The notes beneath the pieces were generated by a model, which worked only from the letters and a program-made list of their open reading frames with translations, did no database searches and was not told the DNA's origin. 64,000 bases of DNA from Scyliorhinus canicula (taxonomy: Eukaryota). The position numbers and the translations under genes are program-made. Below, one piece after another: positions 16,425 to 30,220 of this stretch. Position 1 is the first letter of the stretch. Each line of letters opens with the position of its first letter. The stretch lies in assembly GCF_902713615.1 (NCBI RefSeq), contig NC_052157.1, positions 146,855,171 through 146,919,170 on the forward strand, written 5' to 3'.

Positions 16425-16660
16425 TTAAAGGAGAGAAAAGCTGAGTTAATGTTTCGAGTCCATATGATCCTCCTACAGAACTGAAGAGATATAAATGTGA
16501 TGAATTCACATGTCAATCCCCTTTCTGTTCTGCGGAGGAGTACTATGGACTTGAAACTCTGTTTCTCTCGCCACGGACGCTGCTGAACCTGCTGAGTTTA
16601 TCCAGCATTTTCTGTATTCAGCTTCAGATTTCCAGCATCCACAGTATTTTGGTTTGATTA
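16425..16660. mobile_element. Penelope-like element termini in inverted arrangement
   Basis: gagttaatgtttcgagtccatatga...cagaac paired with gttctgcggaggagtactatggacttgaaactctgtttctctc...ccagcattttctg. Confidence 0.65.
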
Positions 16661-19600
16661 CAGCAATTCATTGGAGTCATTTTCTTACTCACAGGATGCT
16701 GCTTATAAATTTCCGAGCATTGGCTTTTTCATTCAAACTTCCATTGATTTTCTTTTTATTTGGGAAATGAAAACAAAATCAAGTTAGGATGAGAAAAGAT
16801 ACAATATCTGTTTCTCTGTAGTTGGCTGCGTCTCTGACCCAAATTGCACTCGTTGATAACTTTGCAAATTGTTTAATTATACCGGATAAATGAGAAAAGC
16901 TTGCATCCTTTTACACCCAGAGATATAGTCACTAAATTATTTCATCATAATTCCGAGAATAGGATTTTAGTGATGTGTGATGGGAGAATCTGTTTGTGCT
17001 TAAACTGCACATTTCCCTGATAAAAAGTATAATTATGTCAAGGCTGAAGTGTTAACCTCAGACCCAGGCTTTGGAGAAAAATTGGCGCCTTCAAGTAAAA
17101 CAATGAAGAAATTACGCAAGGTTCAAAATGTTTCGGGTAAATTTAGTAATGAAATATGTGCCCTTTTATGAAGCTATTAAGAAGCTATTTTGGGCCATTA
17201 GACATTTAAATAGCTGATAAAAATTATTGGGAAAGTGTTTCAGAATTTTTGAGTGATTCTGATTGGATTCAATTCAGATTTTCTAGGTTTTACAAGTTCG
17301 CATAGAGTTTTTGAGTTTTATATTTTGGCACATATTTTTATAAAAAATGTTTTTCCTTTCTCAGAGTTGCAAAGCCAATGCGCAGAATGGACAGGACGGC
17401 CATCTCCTCGCTTGCTCCTAAAACCAATTCGAATTGAATCAAATTCACGGCCCCAGAAAAAGTGACACACTAGATCCAAGCTCACGAGATTGGGCATTAC
17501 ACCTGATCTCACACTTGATCCTACACTTGTTCTTAGCCAAAACTTTTTAAATGTCAGCCAGCAAAATGTCTGATGCCAGAACATGACATGGGAAAATATG
17601 ATGCTAAGTCTGGGAGAATACACTTCTGCACTACTTTTAATATATTGCAGGTGGTGCGGGTTTTTGTGGCACTGTGCATATTAAATCAGGTGATGCACGG
17701 TCTTGTAAGACATGGAATTACACAGAATCCACATAAGGTGATAAGGTGAAGAATGGCAAACAAAATGTGAGGGTTCAACATTCACAGATGCAGAGTTTGC
17801 AAGTGCATCACTTTCAAAATGCTATTTCAGGCTGGAGAAATATGCAGCAATCACATGTGGTTGTTGCCTGTTTTGTTTGGGGTTTGTGCCGAAAGGGATC
17901 TATTGTGGAAACACACTCTGCCAGTGACGCTACCATATTCAATTATATTATGTAAATAACCACATAGGCGTAAACTTGTGATTCCTCCTGAGTCAGCCGG
18001 CAGTAAAGATTGGTCGTGTGGTGATTCGGTGTCGTAGGCGATCCTACGTTACTGGATTTTGGAAGGTCGCAATATTGACCTGGTACCCTGTTGGTGTCAT
18101 TCTGAGCTTTGGAGCATTTTGGTTCATTACACCTATTTTAATGTGTCTTCCCAAACTAGCAGATAGGAGAAAAGAAAGCCGTCACTCATGCCCTTAATTA
18201 CCTTGTCCACTGCACCAGTCTGAATGAGGAAACGGCCAGAAGGAAAATTATTTTGAAAGGGTGCATAAGGATGTTCTAACATTTTCTAATTGTTCCGGTA
18301 CCATTGTCGGGATAGAGACAGGGAGGGGAGGGACGGTGAGAAAGCGGGAATGTTTGGGCAAGCAGCAATGTTTGTCCTTCCTTCCTCCTCTCCAAAGGGC
18401 CTGACTTCTGTAGGACATGGTTCCAAGTAACCGGACCTGTGTGGCCACTGTTCCCCATGGGTGAACCCAGAAAATTGACAGAATATTTAACTAAGGGGAG
18501 AAAAATTTGAGAGAGATCCGCCTTCCTGTCCTCGTGCAGTGCCCCTGTCTCCAGATTTTATGGAAGGGAGCAGAATTAGGAATGAGAATGCTGTTTGCTT
18601 TTTGGGTTCCCTTCCCTGGCCTTCAAATGCTTAGGCACAGACACAGGTGCCCGAAGCCAACCCAATCAATAAAGAAGTAGTGACCCAGTTTCTTTCTCGA
18701 TCTATTTTGTTATTAAAGGAATCCATTGAATCAAAATAATTTCTCGCAAGAGTTGGACTGCGGATTGAGGGATGGAGACTCTCAGGTCTGAGTAACTGAG
18801 TTGAGTGCCAGGTGGTGCTTTTACCCACTGAGCTCTGAGCTTTTGTGGGGGCTAAAAGCAACCATCTTTATTGGGGGCGCGACAGATTCAAATTCCCATT
18901 TCTGAGTTGGGCTCAGTTTCCGAGCTCAGGCTGGGTACAATTTGAGGCCATTTTGGAATTTGGTCATTCACTACTTTTGTTAGAAAGCAGATGTCTAATC
19001 CAAATTAAATACATTTCCTTTTGAAAAGTAAATATGGGCATTAAAGGCAGACACTGACTTGCAGCTGTGTTCCTGTAGTTGTGCAGTAAACATCCCGCAC
19101 AAGTCACAGAAGCATTTAACTCTCGTGAGGCAGTTTGCCTTTTGCTTTCCAAACTGTCACATGCTCCAGAAAGGATACACTCGCAGAAAAGAATTATTAA
19201 TGTAAACCAGCATGCTATGCTTAGGAGAAACCCAACAGAATAGTCCACACTGGAAAATACTTTTGGACATTTACCATGAACCTGAGTTTCACAGCTGTGT
19301 CAAGACATGCAGTATTTAGTGTAAATGATTCCTTTTGAAGTCATTCTGACTTTCTTACCTCATCAGTCAAAGCTAAATAGCTACAACTGACTGAGTGACT
19401 TCAATGGCAGGCATGGAGAATCAAATTACAGTCATTGCAGCCAAACTGCGAAGGCACATAATTAAACTATCAGAGCTGCCCTGGTGTCTTGTGCATTACC
19501 CCCCACCCACCAGCAGCATTTATTTGCCTTTGGCTAGCTGCCCCCCACTCTTTGGAATAGCCCTCTCTGCTTCCCATCCTCCAAGACGCTCCTTAAAATT

Positions 19601-20166
19601 CAGCTATTCGCCCATGCCTTCAGGCACCCCCATCTGACATCCCGTTTCACTCGCCTCATTTTTTTCCCCCCCTCATACTGCTTTGGGGTATTTTCCTGAG
19701 TTAATGGTGCTATATAAATGAAAGCTGTAGCTGTCGCGATGTGCCCATGGTGACGATTTCCAATTTTGAATGTGTGAACCTCTAGATGCAATTCTAGTTC
19801 AGATGTGTTATTTGAAGTTGAAGATCAGTATCTTGAGTGTTTGATGAGTCGCTGATAATTTTAAACCACAATGCCTCAGGGCTCTGTCTGAATGGAAAAT
19901 AATCTTTTTAAATGCTTTGCTGATCGGACAAGGTGTAGCTCATGTTCTTTGACTATAACCAAATAATGGTTACTGTTATTGCACAATATTTGTAACTTTC
20001 TATGGCGAGAATAGTATGCAACATTCATGGTAAGTGAGTCACAATTGATTCTACTTAACAAAGACTTATATAGTAGTGCGGTAAGGTGAACTCGAAAGAG
20101 CACGTTGAGAAAAAGGAATCGTGGACATTCATTATTGCTAAAGAGGGCATTTACCTGTGACTATAC

Positions 20167-20545
20167 TAGGAACATAGGAATTAGGAGCAGAAATAGGCAA
20201 TTCAGCCCGTCGAGCCTGCTCTGCCATTCAATCAGATCATGGCTGATCTCTTCCTGGTCTCAAATCCACCTCCCCACCTGTTGCCCATATCCCTTTAACC
20301 CGTGTTTTTAAATCAAAAATATATCTGTCTCTTTCTTGAAACCATTTAGTAACCACCGCACTATGGGGCAGCGAGTTCCACAAATTCACCACCCTCTGCG
20401 AGAAGTAGTTCCTCCTCATCTCCGTTCTAAATCTACCGCTCTCAACCTATATCCATGACCCCTCGTTCTAGATTTCCTCACAAGGAGGGAACATTCGGTC
20501 TACGTTTTCTTTATCAATCCTATTTAGTACTTTATACACCTCGAT
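20167..20545 (-). mobile_element. CR1 LINE 3' end
   Basis: MRRNYFSQRVVNLWNSLP; tail ...ctgctcctaattcctatgttcct. Confidence 0.9.
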
Positions 20546-21949
20546 GTCACAGCATAATTTAAAGATGTTTTATATATACTGTTGCTCCATGGGAATCTGT
20601 TAATCCTCCAGTTAAGGAACCTGGAATGAAAAAAAATGCTGCGGGGTGTTGTTAGATGTGCGGGAGAAGGGTTACCTTTCTGTCCACTTACCAGAAATGG
20701 GATGCTTTTCATAGCGGGTTTATGGAGACCAATTAAGCTTGACCTTTCCAGGGTTTTCTTTCCCAGTGCAATGTACACGTCAATTTGCTCTCCTTTACCT
20801 CTCTATGCCTACTCTCTGCCTCCACTAATCAGCCTCTGAGAACAGCAATAGGTTTCTCTGTGCTGAGTCATCACTGAATGTGATTCCTCTGACTGAAATC
20901 TCCAAGGATTTACCTCCAGTTGGAGCTTTGTACGGTTTGTAGGCATACCCTGAAAATTGGGTTGGGAAGTTAGCAGAGACCGAAGAGGAAATTGATGATT
21001 GGAATTTCACACTCAGCACTGGTTACCCGCAGACCTATTATCTCCTGTGGATGCCAAGAGGAAAAACACCAGGTTGAACATGCTTTGTTGCCCATTTTAG
21101 CCACTGGAAATTGCATCCAAAAATATACTTGTTGAAGTGCCTTTTTGGATACGATCGTATTCTCCTTCTGAGAAACTCGCGTTGTTAAAAAAAATTTCTC
21201 TTGACTCTTATACATCTAGTCTTCTCTTAAGTATCTTACATCGGGTCAAAGGGCCTGAAAATAATTCTGTTGCCAAACTTGCAAATAGAATTATTCAGTT
21301 GGGTTCCTTCCTTATTAACAAAATAGGATCATGTTCAGTTTCTCCAAGAATACAGGATGTGGGGGTGCCTGATGCCATGCCAGATACAACATTGCAACAG
21401 TGGTGACTTTTTAACCAGTTGCATTTTAGTGCAGGAGTAACAACAAAAGTTGATTTTGTTTTCAATGACATTAAAAGTCCGTCAGGTTTTCCCAACCCCC
21501 AATTTGTTGTTTTTCTTTTCGGCAGGAAATGCCTATTATCTGGGAAAGTGGCTCTTGAAATTATTATATGGACATTGCTGATATTGAAGGGTAGAGGTTA
21601 ATGGTGCATTCGTTTCACAGGTTCAGTGTCTGGATTTGACCTCATACAAATGCTAAATTTAATATGGTGTAAATTGAATGTAGAAACTCAGACTGTCTGC
21701 AACAAAGTGGAGAAGAGACACCTCCACGCACTTCCCATATTCCATCGGTACATTTTATTTCATCCACCGGTCTAATCTAATCATGCATTTTGACACAGTT
21801 ACTGCCTCAACCAATAACTCACTCAATTCTGACCCCTCAGCTACTGGAAGCAGTCTACTTCTGTCCGCCATGCCTTGTCATTTCATAATTTTAGACACTT
21901 GTCGTATGCCACTATCATTTCACCCCGTAATCTATATTCTTCTAATCAG

Positions 21950-22230
21950 CAAAGCTAAAGGACACAAATTTAGGGTGAGTGGCAAAAGAACAAGAGACGA
22001 TATGGGGACTTATTTTTAAACGCAGCAATGTTTTATGATCTGGAATGCATCGCCCTGGTGGAAGCTGATTCAATGGTAATTTCCAAAAGGGAATTGAATA
22101 AATACAATAAATTTATAGGTCTGTGGACAAAGAACAGGAGAGTATGACTCATTGTATAGCACTCTCAAAGAGACAGCAGAGGCATGATGGGCCAAACAAC
22201 CACCTCTTGTGGTACATCATTCTGTGAATC
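21950..22230 (+). mobile_element. Old CR1 LINE 3' end
   Basis: KGHKFRVSGKRTRDDMGTYF; 3' UTR ggcatgatgggccaaac. Confidence 0.7.
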
Positions 22231-22781
22231 TAAAAGGCTTCAAAGTTGAACTAACCCTAACTGGACCTGAAGTTTTTTTCTCAGTCTCTCCGCCCGCACA
22301 CATGAACTTCCCAGCAGGGATCAATGAATCACAATTATAAGCAGGAACCGGACTGATTTATTTTGATATCGGGTCCTAACTCTAGGGGACTGAGGCCAGT
22401 TGTTGGTCCCATACCATTCTGGCTAAGGACCACAGATTATGTCTGAAACTCTCCAATCTGTAATGATCAGCTCCCAAAAGTATTTACAAATTGAAACACT
22501 GGAGATGCTCGTTTTCATTTTTAAACTTCCAGTTCCAACTAATGTGTTGTTGCGATCAGAAGCACTAATTTATTCTAAAATGTAAGCTCTGAGTAATGTT
22601 TCCTTGTTTGTATTTATCCTCAAGCATATATAAATCCAAAATAACACATGAATTCTGACAAGTTCTACCTCTAAATTGCTATTTGGAAGCTGTGCCTTGT
22701 CTTATTCCTATCTACGATTTAATTTTTAGTTGCATTCCATGATCGTAGCCCTCATTATATTGTTTGTCAATTTGTATGTGA

Positions 22782-22898
<117 letters not shown>

Positions 22899-23285
22899 TG
22901 AGTTGACGTCTTTGACAATCTTAAGGTGTTATAAACCAGCATTGAAAGTGTGAACTACTGAAGGATATTGTGGTCAACGCTATTGCATATTAGCTAGATT
23001 ATCTGTTAATGAGAGAACATTGAGAACCACAAGCATGCTTTTTGTTCAGTTGCCAATGGAGTGGTGCTAACTTTTAGATCTTCAAAGGCTGCAACATCTT
23101 CCCTTGATTCATTGGAACCCTCCAAGTCAATTCAGATATACTTCAGGAACTGATTATCTTAAATGGGAACAAATGTAAAACATCAGCTTGACTTGAACTT
23201 TTCTTCCCTTTTTCTTAAGTGCTTTGTGAATCAGCTAGGAAGGAAATCAGATTTGGACCGTAGTTAACTTGGCATTGATCATTTT

Positions 23286-23612
23286 ATAGAACATAGAACA
23301 GTACAGCACAGAACAGGCCCTTCGGCCCTCGATGTTGTGCCGAGCAATGATCACCCTACTTAAACCCACGTAACCCGTATACCCGTAACCCAACAATCCC
23401 CCCATTAACCTTACACTACGGGCAATTTAGCATGGCCAATCCACCTAACCCGCACATCTTTGGACTGTGGGAGGAAACCGGAGCACCCGGAGGAAACCCA
23501 CGCACACACGGGGAGGACGTGCAGACTCCACACAGACAGTGACCCAGCCGGGAATCGAACCTGGGACCCTGGAGCTGTGAAGCATTGATGCTAACCACCA
23601 TGCTACCGTGAG
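23286..23612 (-). mobile_element. Young V-SINE, tail A' (ttctatg repeats)
   Basis: Head and V domain nearly identical to the 34407-34766 copy; tail catcgagggccgaagggcctgttctgtgctgtactgttctatgttctat. Confidence 0.93.
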
Positions 23613-24117
23613 GCCCCGTGAGGTTAAAATTTTGTTTAACCTGGTCCCTCAGTAAACATCCACATTGCAGCCTACACATTCTTGTGTCTCCGCATCTTGA
23701 ATCATTACCTTGACCTGCATTGATTTAAACTTGTCTCACTTTTAAACTGAATGGCAAAATCCTTCTTGATGGTTTTGGATACTGTCCACAATCTTTCTTG
23801 TAATTTCTTATGTGGCTCAGTATTATATTTTGTTTGATAATGCTCCTGTAAAGCACCTTGTCTCACTTTACTACACAGTACATTAAAGGTACTATTAAGC
23901 TGCTGTTTTAAATTGCTGTAAATCAAGGAGATAATCTCATTGGAAGTGTGACCATATAGCAGACTCCTAGTTCCAAGTAGGTAAATCTCGCGTGTGTTCA
24001 ACCTACAATGTTTGTTCATTTTAGCCATGGAAGGTAAATGCTCGTTTTCTGCAAGAATGGAATAATAGTTCAGCAGAATTACACATGTTTTGTTGTTCCT
24101 AATCAATTAATTAGAAA

Positions 24118-24730
24118 AGGGGAGGTGGTGGCATAGTGGTATTGTCACTGGACTAGTAATCCACAAACCCAGGGTATTGCTCTCGGGGACCCAGGTTTGA
24201 ATCCCACCATGGCGAAAGGTAGAATTAATATCTAATGGTGATCATGACATCGTTGTTGATTGTCGTAAAAAACCCACATGGTTCACTCATGCCATAGGTA
24301 ACCATAGAATTTACAGTGCAGAAGGAGGTCATTCGGCCCATCGAGTCTGCACAGGCCCTTGGAAAGAGCACCCCACTTAAGCCCATCCAGGTTATCCAGT
24401 AACCCCACCTAACCTTTTTGGACACTAAGGGAAATTTAGCATAGCCAGTCCACCTAACCTGCACATCTTTGTACTGTGGGAGGAAGCCAGAGCACCCGGA
24501 GGAAACCCACGCAGACACGGGAAGAAAGTGCAGACTCTACAGACAGTGACCCCCCGCACCTGGGACCCTGGAGCTGTGAAGCAACTGTGCTAACCACTGT
24601 GCTACCGTGCTGCCCTTTAGGGAAGGAAGACTTTGACCTGGTCTGGCCGACATGTGACTCCAGGTCCACAGCAATGTGGTTGACTCTTAACTCCTCTCTG
24701 AAATGGCCGAGCAAGCCACTCAGTACCACA
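24118..24730 (+). mobile_element. tRNA-headed SINE of another family, split by a V-SINE (24303-24614, minus)
   Basis: A box tggcatagtgg, B box ggtttgaatccc; body ...ggttcactcatgcc|ctttagggaaggaa... rejoins across the V-SINE. Confidence 0.75.
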
Positions 24731-25050
24731 GTAATCCGGGATGAGAAACAAAATAAAAAGAAATTATGCAGCTAAAGAATGCGAGAAAGGGAAATTTTTT
24801 AACAGGATAACATTATTCAATAATAATAATCTTTATTGTCACAAGTAAGCTTACTGCAATGAAGTTACTGTGAAAACCCCATGTCAACGCGGAGAACCCC
24901 AGAGACCTACTAAATAAGGAGACCCCCTAAATAAGGAGTACAGCTGTTGAAAAACAATTGTCTATAAATCCCATCTTTCACAGTGCAAAATACAGCAGAA
25001 AAATTAGAAATAAAAGCAGAAATAATGGCAGCATCTGTGGAGAGAGATAA

Positions 25051-25740
25051 AGGCCGCGCCGCAACCACGATGGGTGGGAGAATAGCGGGAGGTCCGCTCC
25101 CGCACCTCCCGCTATTCTCCCACCCCCCCCAAAATGACGTGTCCGGTTTTCCAACACGCCGCTCGGAGAAACGCAGGCCGACGTTTTTCACGGCGGCCCG
25201 CGATTCTCCGACCCGGATGGGCCGAGCGGCCTGCCGTTCCCGACCTGTTCACGACGGCGGCAACCACACCTGGTCGCTGCCGTCGTGAACATGGCGCGCC
25301 AGGTAAGTGTGAGACCTAGGGGGGGCGGATCGGGGATCGAGCACCACGACCGTGCTCGGGAACGGACTGGCCCGCGATCGGTGCCCACCGATCGTCGGGC
25401 CGGCGTCTCAAGGGGAAGCACTCTTTCCCCTCCGCCGCCCTGCAAGATCAAGCCGCCACGTCTTGTGGGGCGGCTGAGGGGAAAGACGGCAATCGCGCAT
25501 GCGCGGGTTTGAGTTATGCAACCCGCGCATGCGCGGCTGACGTCATTAGGTGCCGCCGCAGTGTCACTCTTGGCGCGACGGGCCTTGAAGCCAGGGACAA
25601 GGCCCGGCCGCCGAGTTTCCTGGTACGGCACGCCTATCCCCCCGGGTAGGGGAGAATAGGGGGCCAGGAGAGGCTTCCAACGCCGTCGTGAACCTCTCCA
25701 GGTTTCACGACGGCATCGGGCCTTGCGGAGAATTCCGCCC
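25051..25740. mobile_element. GC/CpG-rich non-autonomous DNA element inserted in a Penelope remnant
   Basis: Ends ggagaattccgccc (terminus shared with 33606-33795 and 50782); internal 22-bp hairpin at 25072-25125; sharp GC step. Confidence 0.65.
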
Positions 25741-26844
25741 AGAGTCTGTTTTGAGGTGAATTTGACTTCTTTAGTACATGATTCTGTGAAGAAGTCATAT
25801 TCGAGTTGAAACATAACTCTGTCTCTCTCTCCACAGACACAGCCAGAGCTGTTCAGTATTTCCATCACTTTGTTTTTTTTCTCAGATTTCCAGATACGCC
25901 GCAGTGTTATTTTTAGGAAAAAAAATTGGATTCACCTGTGATGTCGATCCCATCTTCTGAAAATCTATAATTCCACAGAGTTCAAAGAGCCATTGCATGA
26001 AATGCTGAACTTTTTACTTTGCACAAACGGTTTTGCTCTTTCATGTTATGCACTGTAGGTTTCCATTAAATTGTTGTTGCGATGAGGTTTAATTTTAGAT
26101 TGCTTAATTCCCCCCCCATGTGAAATAACATTAAATGTTCACAAAAACAGAAGTTACTGTTTAACCGCTGTTGCCTGTGGCAAAGAGCTTAAAAATGCTC
26201 AATTATGTTATAATTCATTTTCCCTTAAATGTTCTTGTAAAGGTGACTTTTGCAAGTGCTGACCAGAGAAACCCGTGAAACGTTTTCCTAAGGGTGGCCA
26301 AAGTTAAATTGTGCAGATCAAACGCAAGGCAGTCAAGCAAGTTTGGAAACACGGAGTTCCATCACTAATCATAGATGCTGGCTTTATTTTAGAAATGGGC
26401 ATCTGGTAAAATCAGATCTGGCAGAACGGCATAATGTAGATTTTCCTGGAACTGAGCACACCTAGAAAAGTTGCTTGAGAAGCCAATAAACTCCTTAACT
26501 TGTTTTGATTAACTACTGGAGCAGTGAATTCTTTATGGCTGGTCCAGTAGAAAGTGGGATGATCCCTTTCATTAGAAACAAATCACATTGACTAAATCAC
26601 ATTTTAATTCTCCATCCTAACATTTCACGTCAATACTCTGATTTTATTATTAGCATACTGATTGCCACCGTTTATTAAGATGTTGCATTCATGCTTAATT
26701 TCAGGCCTAGTTTCTATTGAGGTTTTTAGATCTAAAGTATAGCTTGTAATTATGTGTAGTTTGAGGATTGCGCGCACATTTCTTTCAGTATACTATTACC
26801 ACAGGGCTGCAGTGGTAATTCCTTTTGTATATTATCCAATACTC

Positions 26845-27325
26845 TGATGCCCATACCCTAACCTGCTCCAAGTCCAGTTTCCCCCATTGCCCCTGTGCTG
26901 ACGGACCAATGAAGGCTTCAGGTCAAGCAACTCCTCTACTTTAAAATTCTCATCTGTTTTCCAGTCTGTCAGTGACCTTGCCCCTCCCTCTCTCTCTTAA
27001 TGCCTCCCAGCCTTGCCAACCCTCTTGAGATCTCCGTGCTCCTCAAATTCTAACTTCCTGCACATCTCTTATTTTCAATGCTCCACCATTGGTGGCCGTA
27101 TCTTCAGCTGCCTAGACTCACGGATCTGGAATTCCTACCGCAAACCCATCTGCCTCTCTACCTCTCTCTCTTCCTTGAAAGCAATCCTTAGAACCTACTC
27201 CTTAGGCCTATCTTTTTGGTACTTGTCCACATCATCCTAATGTAATGTGACTCGGTGTCAAACTTTGATAATCCCACTTTGGGATATTTTACTCCATTAA
27301 AAATGCAAATTATTGATGTTGTTGG
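26845..27325 (+). mobile_element. Old L2-type LINE 3' end
   Basis: cccctgtgctgacggacc...tttaaaattctcatc...ccaccattggtggccgt...ttcagctgcctag...aaatgcaaattattgatgttgttg; similar scraps at 12970-13150, 19530-19735 and 23760-23900. Confidence 0.65.
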
Positions 27326-27331
27326 TGTTAT

Positions 27332-27545
27332 TGGGGGCTGGAATAGCTCAGTTGGCTGGACAGCTAGTTTGCGATGCAGAGCCAGGCCAACAGCGCTGGT
27401 TCAATTCCCGTACCGGCTGAGGTTATTCATGAAGGTCCTGCCTTCCCAACCTTGCCCCTCGCCTGAGGTGTGGTGATCCTCAGGTTAAATCACCATCAGT
27501 CAGCTCTTTCCCCAAATAGGAAAGCTGGGGCTATAGCGACTTTAT
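27332..27545 (+). mobile_element. tRNA-SINE type E
   Basis: Head like type D (gggggctgg...ggttcaattcccgtaccggc), different body (cctcgcctgaggtgtggtgatcctcaggttaaatcacc). Confidence 0.85.
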
Positions 27546-28462
27546 TAACACTTTATTAGTGTTACAATTGTAAGCATTAAAATTTGCATGAAATAGACCA
27601 CTGAGCAATACCCAAGGAAGGATGTTGGTTCATAATAGAAGAGCAAGAAAGGAATGAAAATGTGTACTGATGTATAACCATTGAGGTACAGAAGGAGCAA
27701 TGGCGTACTCCCAGAGAGAGAGAGTGCATGACAAAGATTTGCACACTGGCTCACCCAGCTGCCTTACTCAGTCTGTTGTAAAATAAATACAGACGTATTA
27801 AATCACACCCCAAGTTGTGCAGCCAATGCATGGTTGCAATAAGGCAGGAACTTCACTCAGTGCCTTTATTCACAGCCTCAATAGCATCCTTTGAAGGCAG
27901 ACCTGGGTTTCTGTTGGGTCAGTCTGGCTCCCATTTCAGGGTGGGCGCGTATCAAAAGAACTGGCAAGTGAATACCTGTTTTTATGGTGAACAACTCATT
28001 TACTTTTAGTGAATGATTGCATCCGAAAGTGTGATGCAATTCATTGAGGCCATAAGTTGGTGATACGATGTAAGGAGCAGTTTGTTTCAGTATCAAAATT
28101 TTACTAATCTGGGTAAGGATGCAGGCTGGAAATAGGAAATTATGTATAATAACGTTACATTGATCAATTGGAAACTTGAATTGCCAACTTGATTTTCTAA
28201 AAAAGTTATGACCTGTGCATTTTTCTCCCCTTCGAAAGGCTGTTTTTCTAGACTAACACATAGTGAAAGCTCTATTCGCTGTGTCGAATCGAATTGCCCA
28301 GTGTCACAATTGTACACCATAATTTTCACAGCTATTAAAACTGAATAATGTTTCCTTTGTTATTATTGTACTTGTGTCGATACCTATACTGTACACATCA
28401 GGCCAAGTTTTGCAGACTCTCAAATATCAGCCAATTTCCATGATGAGATTGAGAGTGGCGGG

Positions 28463-28500
<38 letters not shown>

Positions 28501-28968
28501 CGCGGCGGCGTCGAGGGGTTTGGTGTTGGAGAAGGAAGGTCTATTTTGGCATTTCAAACTACTGCACTTTCAATGCAGAAAAAGCCAGCTCATGCCATTG
28601 CTGCAAACACCTCACAAACTACAGCGTGTAGCTTTTATGTTGCTTGTTGATGCAACAATTTGCTGTAAGGGAGACAACTATTGTGCCACAGACGTTGGCT
28701 GCAGTTGCCAAAGTTATCTCTCTTGTGAATACTTGGGAGTTCCATTGACCTGGAACAAAATTGCTGAGTCCTACCTCATTTATTTTATTGCCCATTCTTT
28801 TTATTATCCATTTTCCCTCTACATTTTCCCCCATTTGAATGTACTATTATTATTAAGACGTGTAGTTATTAAATCACAGAATGATACAGCAGAGGCAGAG
28901 ACCATTCTTGGTGTTACATTGGCCATTTTCCAGTCCTCTGGGACCCTCCCTGACTCCAGTGATTCCTG

Positions 28969-30220
28969 CCTCAGAGGTAAGAGCCGCCTTCTTGAAAGTA
29001 AACCCGCGGAAACCGATGGACCCCGACGGGGTCCCTGGGCGAGCACTCGAGAGTCTGCGCTGACCAGCTGGTGAGTGTATTCGCAGATATCTTCAATATT
29101 TTCTGCTCCAAGATCGCTACCTGCTTCAAGAAGACCACCATAATACCAGTACCAAAGAAGAACAAGGTAGCATGCCTCAACGACTACCGACCAGTGGCCC
29201 TGACATCTGTTATCATGAAATGCTTCGAGTGGCTAGTCATGAGGTGGATCAATGCCAGCCTCCCAGATGGTCTCGATTCATTGCAGTTCACCTACCGCGG
29301 CAACCGATCCACAGCAGATGCTATCTCTCTGGCCCTACAATCAACTCTCGAACATCTCGATAACAAGGACACCTATGTCAGACTGCTGTTCATGGACTAC
29401 AGCTCTGCCTTCAACACCATTATCCTGGCGACTAATAACCAAACTTTGCAACCTTGGACTTGACCCCTCCCTCTGCAGCTGGATCCTTGACTTCCTCACA
29501 AACAGACCACAATCTGTCAGGATAGGTAACAACACCTCCTCCACAATAGTCCTCAACACCGGGGCCCCGCAAGGGTATGTGCTCAGTCCTCTACTGTATT
29601 CCCTATACACACACAACAGTGTGGCAAGAGTCAACTCCAATTCAATCTATAAATTTGCAGATGATACAACTGTGGTGGGTCGTAGCTCAAACAACGACGA
29701 ATCAGACTACAGAAGGGAGATAGATCACTTGGTTGCAGCCCATGATCGCAAGAAACTGCAGAGTGTGGTGAACTCAGCCCAACGCATCAGACAAGCTTGC
29801 CATCCTCCCGTTGATTCTGTCTACATCTTCCGCTGCCTCAGGAAGGCAGACAGCATTGTCAGAGACCTCTCACATCCAGGCTTTGCCCCCTTCTATCAGG
29901 CGGAAGATACAGAAGTCTGAAGACCTGCACATCCAGACATAGGAACAGTTTCTTCCCCACAGCTACTAGACTCCTCAACGACTCCCCCTCGGACTGATCT
30001 GTTCCCTGTAAGAACAGTATTCACAACGCCCTATGCTGCTCTTGTTTGGCCCTTGTTCCGCACTGTAACCAATCTCTATTTGTTGATGTACCATTGTCAA
30101 TGTACTCTGTCGATTATTCTTTTGTCTACTATGCACATACTGTGTACGTTCCCTTGGCCGCACAAAAATACTTTTCACTGTACTTCGGTACATGTGACAA
30201 TAAATATCAATCAATCAATC
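28969..30220 (+). mobile_element. Rex1/Babar LINE, 5'-truncated with internal deletion, inserted in an antisense CR1
   Basis: [74 protein letters not shown]; tail (tcaa)n; host CR1 gattcctg|aaaaatcaccacc rejoins. Confidence 0.92.

Noticed and set aside
25188-25868. 226-aa ORF, and similar ORFs at 32.3-32.8 and 50.8-51.2 kb
   Set aside because: GC-rich repeats depleted of stop codons; overlapping ORFs in several frames with no domain.
28520-29074. 184-aa ORF
   Set aside because: Chimeric read-through of unique DNA, antisense CR1 and an off-frame Rex1 segment.
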